Assembly: GCA_963737265.1 (NCBI GenBank)
Contig: CAVTRY010000023.1
Span: forward strand, 32,001-96,000
Direction of reading: 5' to 3'
Length of the DNA stretch: 64,000 nucleotides
DNA from: an uncultured delta proteobacterium
GTDB lineage: Bacteria > Myxococcota_A > Polyangia > Fen-1088
Shown here: in pieces, positions 1 through 9,489 of the stretch
How the letters are laid out: each line of letters starts with the position of its first letter
Position numbering within the stretch: position 1 is the first letter of the stretch
The notes under the pieces: generated by a model
Databases searched by the model: none
What the model was told of the DNA's origin: nothing
What the model saw: the letters and a program-made list of their open reading frames with translations, nothing else
Program-made: the position numbers and the translations under genes

Positions 1-143
1 GTTGAAATCACCCCTTGGGGTAGTCGTCGCCGGGGGAGACCACGGCGGGCCCGTGGTCGGTGGGTGCCTCCCTGAAACGGGGGCCCCAGCCGGGGGCTCG
101 GTGAGGTAGCAACTTCTAGCGGAGTGCCGCCGAAAACGCAGAT

Positions 144-545
144 ATGGAACAGCGAGGAACGGAGAAACAGAGACAGGATGACTTTACTGGGCAAATTATC
201 GCCGCCTGCATCGAAGTCCACCGTCACCTCGGTCCCGGGCTGCTTGAGTCGGCCTACGAGCACTGCCTGGCGCGCGAGCTAGGCCTGCGTGGATTTCGCA
301 CGCAACGTCAGGTCGCGATTCCTCTGCAGTACAAAGGCATTGACCTCGACTGCGGCTATCGCCTCGACCTCATGGTGGAAGGCCGTTTGGTCGTCGAAGT
401 CAAGGCGGTAGAGCAGTTGCTTCCTGTCCACTTGGCACAGTCATTACCTATCTCAAGCTCCTACGACTGCCGGTGGGCCTGCTCGTCAATTTTCACGTCC
501 CCGTACTTCGCGAGGGTCTCCGCCGCCTCTCAACCCAACCCGTGA
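144..545 (+). pseudogene. GxxExxY (PD-(D/E)xK nuclease-like) protein, frameshifted near 440
   Basis: Motifs LGPGLLESAY, YRLDLMVE and VVEVKAVE are present. Restoring one base near 440 gives the family-typical AQVITYLKLLRLPVGLLVNF...EGLRRL, which lies in the 473..721 frame. Confidence 0.85.
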
Positions 546-573
546 TCCCTCTGGTCCTCCGTTCCTCCCTGTT
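148..573. repeat. Inner 25-bp inverted repeat bracketing the GxxExxY ORF
   Basis: 148-172 AACAGCGAGGAACGGAGAAACAGAG versus reverse complement of 549-573 AACAGGGAGGAACGGAGGACCAGAG (22/25). Confidence 0.75.
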
Positions 574-775
574 TTTCCCTCCGATCCCACCTGCGCGGGG
601 CGAGGTGAAGCCCCAGCCCCCATTTCAGGGAAGCACCCGTGGTCGGTTTCCACCTCGATGTCCAGCCGCCGGGCGAGGTAAAAGCAGCCCGCGGCTATGC
701 CGCCGGAAAGGAGGAGGATGAGCGTTGCCTGTACGCCGGGACGTTTCAAGTCATCCGACCAGCCTTCGACATTGC

Positions 776-926
776 CCGTTCCCCGCGCACGCTGGGATGA
801 ACCGTCGACGTCAGCCGGATGGGCAACGGCAAGATCCCGTTCCCCGCGCACGCGGGGATGAACCGCCGTGGACGGGGACCCCGACTGCCATGCCGGTCCG
901 TTCCCCGGGCACGCGGGGATGAGCCG
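776..926 (+). CRISPR. Orphan mini CRISPR array, type I-E-like repeat, 3 repeats / 2 spacers
   Basis: 29-nt repeat CCGTTCCCCGCGCACGCGGGGATGAACCG at 776-804 (1 mismatch), 837-865 and 898-926 (2 mismatches). Both spacers are 32 nt, giving a 61-nt period. Confidence 0.9.
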
Positions 927-957
927 ACGGGCCGACAACAGACCTCCGTCGCGTGAG

Positions 958-2436
958 CTAGGTCGTCTCGAAGAGCCCCATGAAACCGAAATCCATGTGC
1001 AGCTGCATATGGCAGTGGAACAAGGTCATGCCCGGCTGGTCGGCGGTGAAGTCAACTTCCATCTTTTGGTAGCCGCCCAGCATCGCAACGTCCTTCATCA
1101 CGCCGGCGGTCGGCTTTCCCGCGATATTCGTGAGCTCGAACGTGTGCCGGTGCAGATGCATGGGGTGGAGGTCGTCGCTCGCGTTACGCATGCGCAGCCG
1201 GTAGCGCTTGCCCCGTTCGAGCCGCCAGTCGACCGTCATGTGGTCCATGTCGAACGCCTTGCCGTTGATAGTCCATCGGTTGAACCCCTGGTCCGCGGCG
1301 TTGTCCTTGGCGAACAGCATGTCGATGGTCCGATCGGGCTGTGGGGCCGTCTTGCCGGGATCGGCGAAGCGCCGGTAGTCCCAGCGGTAGGGCGAGGGCT
1401 TGCGCCACGCGGGCTTGCCCTTCGACCCGGCGTATTCGACTACCACACCCATGCCGTCTCGGCGGTCGTCGTTGGCCATGTCCCCCAGGACCCATACCCC
1501 TGGGTGGTTCATCTCGACGAGCGCGCTGATCCGCTCGGCGGTGCCCAGCCAGAGCACCGGCACCTCGGTCGGGCGAGGGACCGGGTTGCCGTCGAGGGCC
1601 AGCACCTTGAACGTGTGGCCGGGCAACGCCAGGCTCCGGTTTTCAGTGGCGCTCCCGTTGAGCACGTGAAACATTACGCGCTCGCCGCGTTTCACCCGAA
1701 CCGGCTCGCCGAAGCCGAGTTGCCGGCCGTTGATGGTGAAGATGCGGTACCCCACCTCGAAGCCCTTCTTCATCCCCTTGGCCAGCGATGACTGCATGGC
1801 CGTCTCGCCCTGCTTCTTCAGCGCGGGGTCGGGAGCGGAAGGCGACAGGATGTCCATCGCCATGTCGCCACCCTGGCTGAAGAACGGGTCGAACTCCTTC
1901 AAGGTGAGGAACACCTCGCGGTCGAAGGCTCCGGGCTCGCGCGCCGGTTCGATGTAGACCGGCCCGACCTGGCCGCTGTACTGGCCCAGGCTCAGGTTTC
2001 CGCCCGCCCGGAGGTGCGTGTGATAAAAGCGCAGGCCGGCAGGGCGCGGCGTGAAGACCACCCGACGCATGCCGTGCGCCGGAATGTAGGGAGTCCCTTC
2101 TTCGGCCGCGCCGTCAACCGAAACGGGAACCTGCTGGCCGTGCCAATGGAGCTGTTCGGGGGTGTCGGTATCGTTGTGGACGTCGACCGTCACGCTCCGC
2201 CCTTCCTTGAAACGGAGCAAGGGGCCAGGGAACGACCCGTTGTAGGTGGTCATCGACAGGAATCGCTGAGGGCCGACCTCCACGAGACCAGACCCGATGC
2301 GCAACACGTGGTCGGCCTGCGGGCTCGAGGCCGGGGCGTCGTGAGCCTGCATCGGCTCGGCCGCTTCGACCAAACGCGCAAGTCGGACGGCGCAGAGTCC
2401 GCCGCCGGCAGCTTTCAGGAATGCCCTGCGATCCAT
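958..2436 (-). CDS. Multicopper oxidase, Tat-exported
   Basis: MDRRAFLK Tat signal; copper motifs HWHG, YHTH, HPMHLHRH and HCHMQLHMDFGF. Confidence 0.92.
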   Translation of the reverse strand: MDRRAFLKAAGGGLCAVRLARLVEAAEPMQAHDAPASSPQADHVLRIGSGLVEVGPQRFLSMTTYNGSFPGPLLRFKEGRSVTVDVHNDTDTPEQLHWHGQQVPVSVDGAAEEGTPYIPAHGMRRVVFTPRPAGLRFYHTHLRAGGNLSLGQYSGQVGPVYIEPAREPGAFDREVFLTLKEFDPFFSQGGDMAMDILSPSAPDPALKKQGETAMQSSLAKGMKKGFEVGYRIFTINGRQLGFGEPVRVKRGERVMFHVLNGSATENRSLALPGHTFKVLALDGNPVPRPTEVPVLWLGTAERISALVEMNHPGVWVLGDMANDDRRDGMGVVVEYAGSKGKPAWRKPSPYRWDYRRFADPGKTAPQPDRTIDMLFAKDNAADQGFNRWTINGKAFDMDHMTVDWRLERGKRYRLRMRNASDDLHPMHLHRHTFELTNIAGKPTAGVMKDVAMLGGYQKMEVDFTADQPGMTLFHCHMQLHMDFGFMGLFETT

Positions 2437-2836
2437 GGTCCCCCTGCCTCTTCGTGGCCTTCGTCGATTGCGAATCTACTATAGGTTCGCGCCACCCCTG
2501 CTGCAACAGCATCGAGAGGGTGTCAGGCGCGAAGATATAGTGCCAGCCACGGTTCGGCCGACCAACGGGTTTCGCGAAGATCCTTCCGGCGGGACCGAGT
2601 CGGCTCGAGCACTCGCCGTCTGGGGTCTTCGGCCTCATTTGAGTTGCGTCGGGTTCCCGTCTGCCGGTGCTGCCCACTGCTTGGTGCCAGAGGGGAAATA
2701 CTGCTGCAGCGAAAGGATCATCCCGCGCGCCATCCAACTCTAAAGCTCGCAGCGGAGTAACCGATGTGCAGTCCTTGTCCACGACAAGCGGGTGAACCTG
2801 CATCATGCGTTGACACCTACGCCAACCATGTAGCCC

Positions 2837-4492
2837 GTGGACCACGGCCCAATCATGCAATTACCGCAGCACATGACGCAGAAGGCAGTATCCAGGGCAC
2901 GTCTTGCGCCGATGATGAGTGTATTGGCTTTCGCCGCGTACCAAGGTGAGAGTCGGGCGGCTGACAACGCGACCAGCGAAGCCGAGGCCGCGCAGGGTGC
3001 CAGACCAGAAAGAAACACGCCCGCCAGCCAGCCGGCGGCCCAACAGAACGAGCCCGAGACAAGACCTCAATCTGCCGGCTTAACATCGGCGCTGTCATCC
3101 CCGCGGGCGGCGTCGCCGTCGACAGAAGTGCCGCAAACGCCGGTCGAGCAAAAGCTCCCTCCGGCGCACAGCGGCGCGGCGAAGCCAGCCGAGGTCGTGC
3201 CCATTCCTTCATCCACTTCTGCGCCCAATCCGTCGAGCCCGCCGCCGCTGACTTGGTTCGGCGTAACCCTGTATGGCGTAGTCGACGTTGGCGTTGCTCA
3301 CTTGTCTCACGGTGCTCCTGCCAGCAATACCTACGGGCCCGGCTTGCCCTATATCGTTCAGAACTTCAGTAATAGTTCGATGACGTCTGTCGCGGGCAAT
3401 GGACTAAGTCAATCGAAGCTCGGTCTTTCCGGTGTCGAACCCATCGGCTCGCTGGATCTTAGAGCAATCTTCAAACTCGAGACGGGCTTTCAGCCGACGA
3501 CTGGTAGACTGACGGACGGGCCCAAATCCTTGATCGACAACAATGGCCGGGCCAATGCCGATAAGGTCACGGCCGGAGATTCCGCCCGCGCTGGTCAGCC
3601 ATTTCAAGGCGCGGCTTTCGCGGGCATGTCCTCGGCCATGTTCGGGACGTTGACGTTTGGGCGCCAGAATTCGCTGATGGCCGACGACCTCATGAAATAC
3701 GATCCCCAGCTGCAGTCCCAGGCCTTCTCGCCCATTGGCTATTCGGGAGCAGCGGGCGGGTTGGGAGATACGGAAGACAAGATTCTCGACGATTCCTTGA
3801 AATACGCCGTGGGATACGGCCCTGTGCACCTGGCAGCGCTCTACCAATTCCACAGCCCGGACTCTGTGCCGGGAGGATCTGAGTCGCTGGATGTCGGCCT
3901 GGACTACGCAGGGCTATCCGTCGACCTTCTGTGGGGACGCGTCCACGACGCCATTTCGGCCGCGTCGCTGACCGCTGCGCAGAACACAGCCGCACCGGGC
4001 ACGCTGGCGGCAACGGCGTCTGACAACACGGCCTACGCAATCCTGGCCCGCTATGCGCTCCGCCCCATCAAGATCTACGCCGGCTACGAGCACATGACGT
4101 ACGCCAATCCCAAGGATCCTCTACCGAACGGTAAAGTCGCCATTGGTGGATACGTGCTCAGTACCATCAACGACACAGCCTTCACAATCCACAAGGCGTT
4201 GCAATACGCTTGGATTGGAGCACGCTATTCCATAATCCCATCTCTCGACGTTAGCGGCGCCTACTATCAATTTCGCCAAAACAGTTACAATACCAACGGC
4301 TGCGCCAACACCAGCTCCGGATCGTGCTCGGGCCTCTACCACGACGCCTCACTTGTAGCGGACTACAAGCTCTCACTGCGATTCGATGTCTACGGGGGTG
4401 TCAATTACTCGCGCGCCATGGATGGAATGGCTTCAGGATTCCTCAACGATCGCAACTGGACGTCGATGCTCGGCATTCGGTTTGTGTTCTAG
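2837..4492 (+). CDS. Gram-negative porin with long Pro-rich N-terminal extension (start uncertain)
   Basis: VTLYGVVDVGV, S-K-LG-G-E, FKLETGF and GTLTFGRQ motifs; C-terminal aromatic (GIRFVF). Confidence 0.85.
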   Translation: MDHGPIMQLPQHMTQKAVSRARLAPMMSVLAFAAYQGESRAADNATSEAEAAQGARPERNTPASQPAAQQNEPETRPQSAGLTSALSSPRAASPSTEVPQTPVEQKLPPAHSGAAKPAEVVPIPSSTSAPNPSSPPPLTWFGVTLYGVVDVGVAHLSHGAPASNTYGPGLPYIVQNFSNSSMTSVAGNGLSQSKLGLSGVEPIGSLDLRAIFKLETGFQPTTGRLTDGPKSLIDNNGRANADKVTAGDSARAGQPFQGAAFAGMSSAMFGTLTFGRQNSLMADDLMKYDPQLQSQAFSPIGYSGAAGGLGDTEDKILDDSLKYAVGYGPVHLAALYQFHSPDSVPGGSESLDVGLDYAGLSVDLLWGRVHDAISAASLTAAQNTAAPGTLAATASDNTAYAILARYALRPIKIYAGYEHMTYANPKDPLPNGKVAIGGYVLSTINDTAFTIHKALQYAWIGARYSIIPSLDVSGAYYQFRQNSYNTNGCANTSSGSCSGLYHDASLVADYKLSLRFDVYGGVNYSRAMDGMASGFLNDRNWTSMLGIRFVF

Positions 4493-4509
4493 TACCATCG
4501 TCGCCCCAC

Positions 4510-4790
4510 AGGCCCGCCGTGTGCGCCCTGGCCGAGCACGCCGCGGGCAATTACCGCGTCCTGTGCGGCATGGCCGCCGATCTTTTGGCCGCCGGAGCCG
4601 AGCAAAAGGCGAGCAGGGATTGCAGAGCGTTGGCCAGCCGCCGAACTCGCCAGCGCGGCCCAGGGACTCACGGGAGCCGACATCGCCTATCTGTGCCAAC
4701 GGGCGGCGATGTTTTGCGTGAAGGACGCCGTTGGCGCCAGCGAGCTGGCCGACATCGCCGTCGCTTGCCACCACTCGATGCTGCCCTGGC
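4510..4790 (+). pseudogene. Two fused AAA+ ATPase fragments (ExeA-like tail, then AAA lid)
   Basis: One frame reads ALAEHAAGNYRVLCGMAADLLAAG; the next reads ELASAAQGLTGADIAYLCQRAAMFCVKD. No starts or Walker motifs. Confidence 0.5.
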
Positions 4791-4856
4791 CTTCTGACTG
4801 CTATTTGGAGAATCCTTTTTCGCGGTCGTGGCTCTCAAGGGAGCAGGAGGGTTCAA

Positions 4857-7367
4857 TTGCCGAAGTACATCATCATTGGCGGCGTCGCAGGTGGAGCCAC
4901 GGTGGCGGCGCGTTTGCGGCGCCTGGACGAGAAGGCCGAGATCATTCTGCTAGAGCGTGGTGAACACATCAGCTACGCCAACTGCGGCTTGCCTTACTAC
5001 GCGGGCGGGATCATCAAGGAGCGTTCCAAGCTCTTCGTGATGACCCCGGCGCGCTTCAAGGCCACCCTGGCGGTAGACGTGCGCACGGGGCACGAAGCAG
5101 TGTCGATCCAATCCACGGCCAAGACCGTGAAAATCGTCGAGCGCGCGACTAAACGAACCTATGTCGAATCCTATGACGCTCTGGTGCTTTCACCGGGAGC
5201 GGAGCCGATCCGGCCGCCTATTCCCGGCATCGACGACGAACGAATCTTTACCTTGCGCACGGTGCCCGACATCGACGCCATCAAAGATCACATGGAGGCC
5301 CGCCGCCCCGAGCGCGCGCTGGTTGTGGGAGCGGGCTTCATCGGTTTGGAAATGGCCGAAAATCTCCGCGAGCGCGGCATTTTCGTGACCATTGTCGAGG
5401 CGCTCGATCAAGTGATGAACGTCATCGACTTCGATATGGCCGCCATCGTGCACCAGCACCTCAAAGCCAAGGGTGTCGAGCTCTACTTGAGCGACGCTGT
5501 CTCGGCTTTTGAGAAGGCCGGCGGACGCATCGTTGCCAAGCTGAGATCCGGCAAGAGCCTACCCGCGGACATGGTGATTCTGTCCATCGGCGTGAAACCG
5601 GAAACCAGCCTGGCCCGCGCGGCCGGCCTTGCCCTCGACGACCGCGGCTACCTCGTCACCGACGCACACATGCGTACCAGCGACCCGGCGATCTACGCCG
5701 TGGGGGACGCGGTGGTGGTTAGGAACCCCATCACGGGTAAAGCCTCGACGGTTCCGCTGGCGGGCCCCGCCAACAAGCAGGCGCGTATCGCCGCCGACAA
5801 CATCGCAGGTGGTGGCGCCAGGGAATATCGCGGCGCCATCGGAACGGCCATCGCGAAAGTCTTCGATTTGACCGTGGCTTGCACCGGGCTGGCGGAAAAA
5901 TCCTGCGAAAGAGAAGACCTTCCCCATCGCTCGGTGGTGGTGCACCCATCGAGCCATGCGGGCTACTACCCAGGGGCAAAGCCATTTTCGCTGAAGGTCG
6001 TTTTCGATCCGAACGGCGGCAGGATTCTGGGCGCGCAGGCGGTGGGCTACGAGGGCGTCGACAAACGAATCGACGTATTGGCCGCGTTCATCGCCATGCG
6101 GGCGAACGTCAGCGTGCTGAAGGAATTCGAGCACGCCTACGCGCCACCGTTCGCCAGCGCTAAGGATCCGGTGAACTACGCAGGCTTCGTGGCGGAAAAT
6201 TTGATGGAGGGTCGCAGCGTACAGGTCACCTGGAAAGACGTGGAGCCACTGCGGCAGAAGGGCGCTTTGATTCTGGACGTGCGAACCCCAGAGGAATTCG
6301 CCCTCGGCCACATCGAAGGCGCCATCAACATCCCCAACACCGAACTCAGGACGCGCATGGCCGAGCTGCCACGCGACCGGTTTCTCCTCATCTATTGTGG
6401 CGTGGGCATTCGCGGCTACCTGGCGGAACGCATTCTCAAGCAGAACGGCATCACTCAGGTCGCCAATCTCGCGGGCGGCTGGAAAACCTATCAGGCCGTT
6501 AGTGCGGTGCAGACCAACGAAGACGTCTACCGTTCCAGCGTAAGCGTGACAGTGGGCAATCGGGTGGAACCCGTTGCTTACGCCGAAGGCTCGGGCGCGC
6601 CCGAAAACATGGCCTTGGGCGAGACGATTCTGATCGATGCCTGCGGCCTGCAATGTCCGGGCCCGATTATTCGGCTCAAGTTGGAAGCCGACAAAGCCCC
6701 CGTGGGTGCCCGCCTTGTGTTTCGAGCCAGCGACCCGGGTTTCGCGCGCGACGCGGGGGCTTGGTGCCATTTGACTGGAAACACGCTCGAAGGCATTGAG
6801 TACCAGAAAGGAACCATCGTGGCGACCATTGTGAAGAAGGAACAGTCAGAACGATCGGCGGAAGAATTGTCGCGGCCGAATGGCCATGCAGTGTCGGGAA
6901 ACGAAGCAACCCTGATTGTCTTCTCTGACGACCTGGACAAAGCCTTGGCTAGTTTCGTGATCGCCAACGGCGCCGCCGCCACGGGCAAGAAGGTCACCAT
7001 GTTTTTCACTTTCTGGGGGCTTTCCGTTATCAAGCGGAGCGAGAAGGTCAATGCTCCCAAGGATTTCATGGGCAAGATGTTCGGTTGGATGTTGCCCGGA
7101 AACTCGAAGAAGCTATCTCTGTCCAAGATGAATTGCGGCGGCATGGGCCCAGGCATGATGCGCGGGCGCATGAAAGCCAAACGCATCGACCAGCTGGAAA
7201 CCATGATGGAGACCGCCCTACGCGCTGGGGTCAAGATGACCGCCTGTCAGATGTCGATGGACATCATGGGCGTGGCCAAGGAAGAACTCATCCACGGCGT
7301 GGAGCTCGGCGGTGTCGCGACCTACCTTGAAGCGGCGAGTTCGGCGGGCCTGAATCTGTTCATCTAG
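4857..7367 (+). CDS. CoA-disulfide reductase-rhodanese-TusA(SirA)-DsrE fusion
   Basis: GGVAGG FAD site, SYANCGLPY, VVGAGFIGLE, rhodanese YCGVGIRG, TusA GLQCPGP, DsrE FFTFWG...ACQMSM. TTG start after GGAGG. Confidence 0.9.
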   Translation: MPKYIIIGGVAGGATVAARLRRLDEKAEIILLERGEHISYANCGLPYYAGGIIKERSKLFVMTPARFKATLAVDVRTGHEAVSIQSTAKTVKIVERATKRTYVESYDALVLSPGAEPIRPPIPGIDDERIFTLRTVPDIDAIKDHMEARRPERALVVGAGFIGLEMAENLRERGIFVTIVEALDQVMNVIDFDMAAIVHQHLKAKGVELYLSDAVSAFEKAGGRIVAKLRSGKSLPADMVILSIGVKPETSLARAAGLALDDRGYLVTDAHMRTSDPAIYAVGDAVVVRNPITGKASTVPLAGPANKQARIAADNIAGGGAREYRGAIGTAIAKVFDLTVACTGLAEKSCEREDLPHRSVVVHPSSHAGYYPGAKPFSLKVVFDPNGGRILGAQAVGYEGVDKRIDVLAAFIAMRANVSVLKEFEHAYAPPFASAKDPVNYAGFVAENLMEGRSVQVTWKDVEPLRQKGALILDVRTPEEFALGHIEGAINIPNTELRTRMAELPRDRFLLIYCGVGIRGYLAERILKQNGITQVANLAGGWKTYQAVSAVQTNEDVYRSSVSVTVGNRVEPVAYAEGSGAPENMALGETILIDACGLQCPGPIIRLKLEADKAPVGARLVFRASDPGFARDAGAWCHLTGNTLEGIEYQKGTIVATIVKKEQSERSAEELSRPNGHAVSGNEATLIVFSDDLDKALASFVIANGAAATGKKVTMFFTFWGLSVIKRSEKVNAPKDFMGKMFGWMLPGNSKKLSLSKMNCGGMGPGMMRGRMKAKRIDQLETMMETALRAGVKMTACQMSMDIMGVAKEELIHGVELGGVATYLEAASSAGLNLFI

Positions 7368-7395
7368 GCTCGCTCCGATCCGCTAAGCTTCACGC

Positions 7396-7620
7396 ATGGT
7401 CAGCGATTCACCCGACACCGATATCGAGACATCATTGCTCGCCGCAGCCCGTCGCGGCGACCGCACGGCGTTGACGGAACTTCTGGGGCGGCATCAGCAG
7501 CGGGTGTTTGGTTTTGGCATGAAGATGTGCGGCGACGCCGAAGACGCCAAGGATGTGGCGCAGGAAACCCTGCTTACCATGGTGCGTACCATGCGCGATT
7601 TTCGCGGCGAGGCTTCCCCT
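7396..7620 (+). pseudogene. Truncated ECF sigma factor (region 2 only)
   Basis: LLAAARRGDRTALTELL...DAEDAKDVAQETLL...FRGEAS, after which similarity stops abruptly. Confidence 0.75.
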
Positions 7621-7753
7621 GTTCATTCACCCAACACCACGAGCAAGCTCTTCGACAAGTCTGACCACTCGCTATTGCGATGTCCTCGGCCCAAACGCCG
7701 CCGTTCTCCCACGGCGACGCCTACCAGCTCCCCACCTGCCTGCGCGTGCCCCG

Positions 7754-8587
7754 TCAGTGCTGCGGCTCGGCGCGAGCCGCCGTTGGCGTCGACAAGAGCA
7801 CGGGCGTGCCACCGGCACCCGGTCCAATGACGACCGTCTTGGCATTGCTAGATGACGCCAGGCGATTGAGTTCCTGGATGCGATCATACTCCAGCATCGG
7901 AGTCGTCAGGCTCGCCGCGATGATTTGGTTGTAGTCGGCGATTCCTTGGGCTTCGATCCTGCGCTGTTGCGCGACGGCTTGAGCCACCTCGATCACGTAC
8001 TTCATCTTCAAGACGTCTTGCTCGGCAGCCAGCTTTTGATCGATGGCATGGCGAATGGCGTCCGGAAGCTCAATATTGCGAATGAGGACGGCCTCCAGTG
8101 CAATGTGCTTACCCTCAATCTTCGAACGGAGCCCCTCGCGAATTTCGCGTTCAATAAGGTCGCGCTTGGTCGAATAGATCTCCTCGGGCGTATAGCGACC
8201 GAAAACTCGTCGGGCCTCCGACCGCAGCACCGGCTCAAGAATCGTCTTGTAGTAATCGGGGCCAATCTCCTTTTGCAGTGGGACAACTTCGCTTGGACTT
8301 AAATGATATCTGACCGAGGCGTCGAGCTTGATGCCGAGGCCATTAACCGCGATGACGTCAAGTACCTCATCGTGGCTCATCGACCGCAGATCGTAGACAT
8401 AGAGATCGTTCCACGGTGCGATGTAATAGAGGCCCTCGCCGTAGGTATTGCTTTGGGTACCATTCCCTGCCCGCCACAGGACCGCCACACGACCGGGACC
8501 CACGGTCGTCGCGCAGCCAGCCGACGTACCCACTATCCCAAATGCGCAGATAGACTTCGCCAGTAAGGACAGCCGTTGTGAAATCAT
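7754..8587 (-). CDS. SPFH/prohibitin-family lipoprotein
   Basis: SAGC lipobox-like signal; EIGPDYY, EEIYSTKR and AIDQKLAAEQ...EAQGIA prohibitin pattern. Confidence 0.85.
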   Translation of the reverse strand: MISQRLSLLAKSICAFGIVGTSAGCATTVGPGRVAVLWRAGNGTQSNTYGEGLYYIAPWNDLYVYDLRSMSHDEVLDVIAVNGLGIKLDASVRYHLSPSEVVPLQKEIGPDYYKTILEPVLRSEARRVFGRYTPEEIYSTKRDLIEREIREGLRSKIEGKHIALEAVLIRNIELPDAIRHAIDQKLAAEQDVLKMKYVIEVAQAVAQQRRIEAQGIADYNQIIAASLTTPMLEYDRIQELNRLASSSNAKTVVIGPGAGGTPVLLSTPTAARAEPQH

Positions 8588-9360
8588 TGCTCGACCTCCA
8601 ATATGTAGGGTTGCGTTTCCGGACGTACCTCGACCTGCGTCGAAGCTGCCGTCATTAGCCTTGTCCACGCCCGATTTGCAGCATCGGTCAGGATCTCTGG
8701 TGAAATCGTGGGCGCGACAAGCGCATGAGACTCGGCTATCCCACGGGCCTCGGCGCGAAGCTCATCGGAGTGTTGTCTAGCCAGCTCGGGTAGCAGCCGG
8801 GCTGCGATCGCTCCTTGCTCTTGGACCCCTGTGTCGACGATAGCCTGATAGCTTTGCGAGGAACGGGTGATGCCGAGCGTGCGCAGACTGATGGAGTCGA
8901 ACACGACGTGGTAGGGCCGCAAACTTCGGGCGGTTTCAGCCGTGACTTCCTTCTCGGCCCGCGTGATTCCGGGAGTGTCCAGTGTGTCCGCGCAATACCC
9001 GGCGAGCACTCGCCGCAGTGTGGAGCGAACCACTGGTCTGACGAGCACTCGGTAGTAGTCCGGCCCAAGCTCGCGCGCCAAGGCCACCACTTCCCCTTCC
9101 GCCGGATGGAAGGTCATGACGGAGGCGCGCGCGTCGAGCACCATCCCATCCGCGGAGAGCGCATCCAGGTCTTCGCTCCGCTCCTGCGCCCGCAGGTCGT
9201 AGATTTCGACAGTATCCAGCGGCCCGATGAAGTTTACGCCCTCCCGCAACAGCTTGCGGTCGACACCACTCACTTTCAACAGAACCCCCGATTGGCCAGA
9301 AGGCACCGTTGCACACGCGAGTTGTGTGGTGAAGGCAATGGCAAGAAGCGTAAACCGCAT
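8584..9360 (-). CDS. Second SPFH/prohibitin-family lipoprotein
   Basis: LAC lipobox, ELGPDYY; ATGA overlap with the downstream paralog. Confidence 0.8.
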   Translation of the reverse strand: MRFTLLAIAFTTQLACATVPSGQSGVLLKVSGVDRKLLREGVNFIGPLDTVEIYDLRAQERSEDLDALSADGMVLDARASVMTFHPAEGEVVALARELGPDYYRVLVRPVVRSTLRRVLAGYCADTLDTPGITRAEKEVTAETARSLRPYHVVFDSISLRTLGITRSSQSYQAIVDTGVQEQGAIAARLLPELARQHSDELRAEARGIAESHALVAPTISPEILTDAANRAWTRLMTAASTQVEVRPETQPYILEVEQ

Positions 9361-9399
9361 GGAAGTCACCGAGGTCGAAAGTCCATCGCGGCATAAGAA

Positions 9400-9415
9400 A
9401 GCATTCATCATGCCA
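9400..9415 (-). promoter_or_regulatory. sigma54 -24/-12 promoter for the SPFH pair
   Basis: TGGCATGATGAATGCT has correct GG/GC spacing and lies about 40 nt upstream of the ATG at 9360. Confidence 0.65.
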
Positions 9416-9489
9416 AGGCGTAATGACCGCGCAGGCGCCACCAAGAGCGCGATTGGAGTTTGGTGCTGCGGCCCACCTTGCCAACGCCC

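Larger units (their letters stand above)
62..638. mobile_element. Non-autonomous MITE-like element (577 bp) with 23-bp TIRs and 9-bp TSD, carrying a GxxExxY gene
   Basis: Left TIR GGGTGCCTCCCTGAAACGGGGGC (62-84) matches the reverse complement of 616-638 at 21/23. Direct repeat GTGGTCGGT sits immediately outside both ends (53-61, 639-647). Confidence 0.85.

Noticed and set aside
62-638. Retron or structured ncRNA interpretation of the long-range inverted repeat
   Set aside because: No reverse transcriptase is present, and the abutting 9-bp direct repeats explain it better as transposon ends.
486-938. Minus-strand 150-aa ORF spanning the CRISPR array and the MITE end
   Set aside because: It reads through repeats and a TIR. 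Only its middle looks like a remnant of an interrupted gene.
2529-2545. TGGCAC upstream of the multicopper oxidase as a sigma54 promoter
   Set aside because: No GC at the -12 position with correct spacing.
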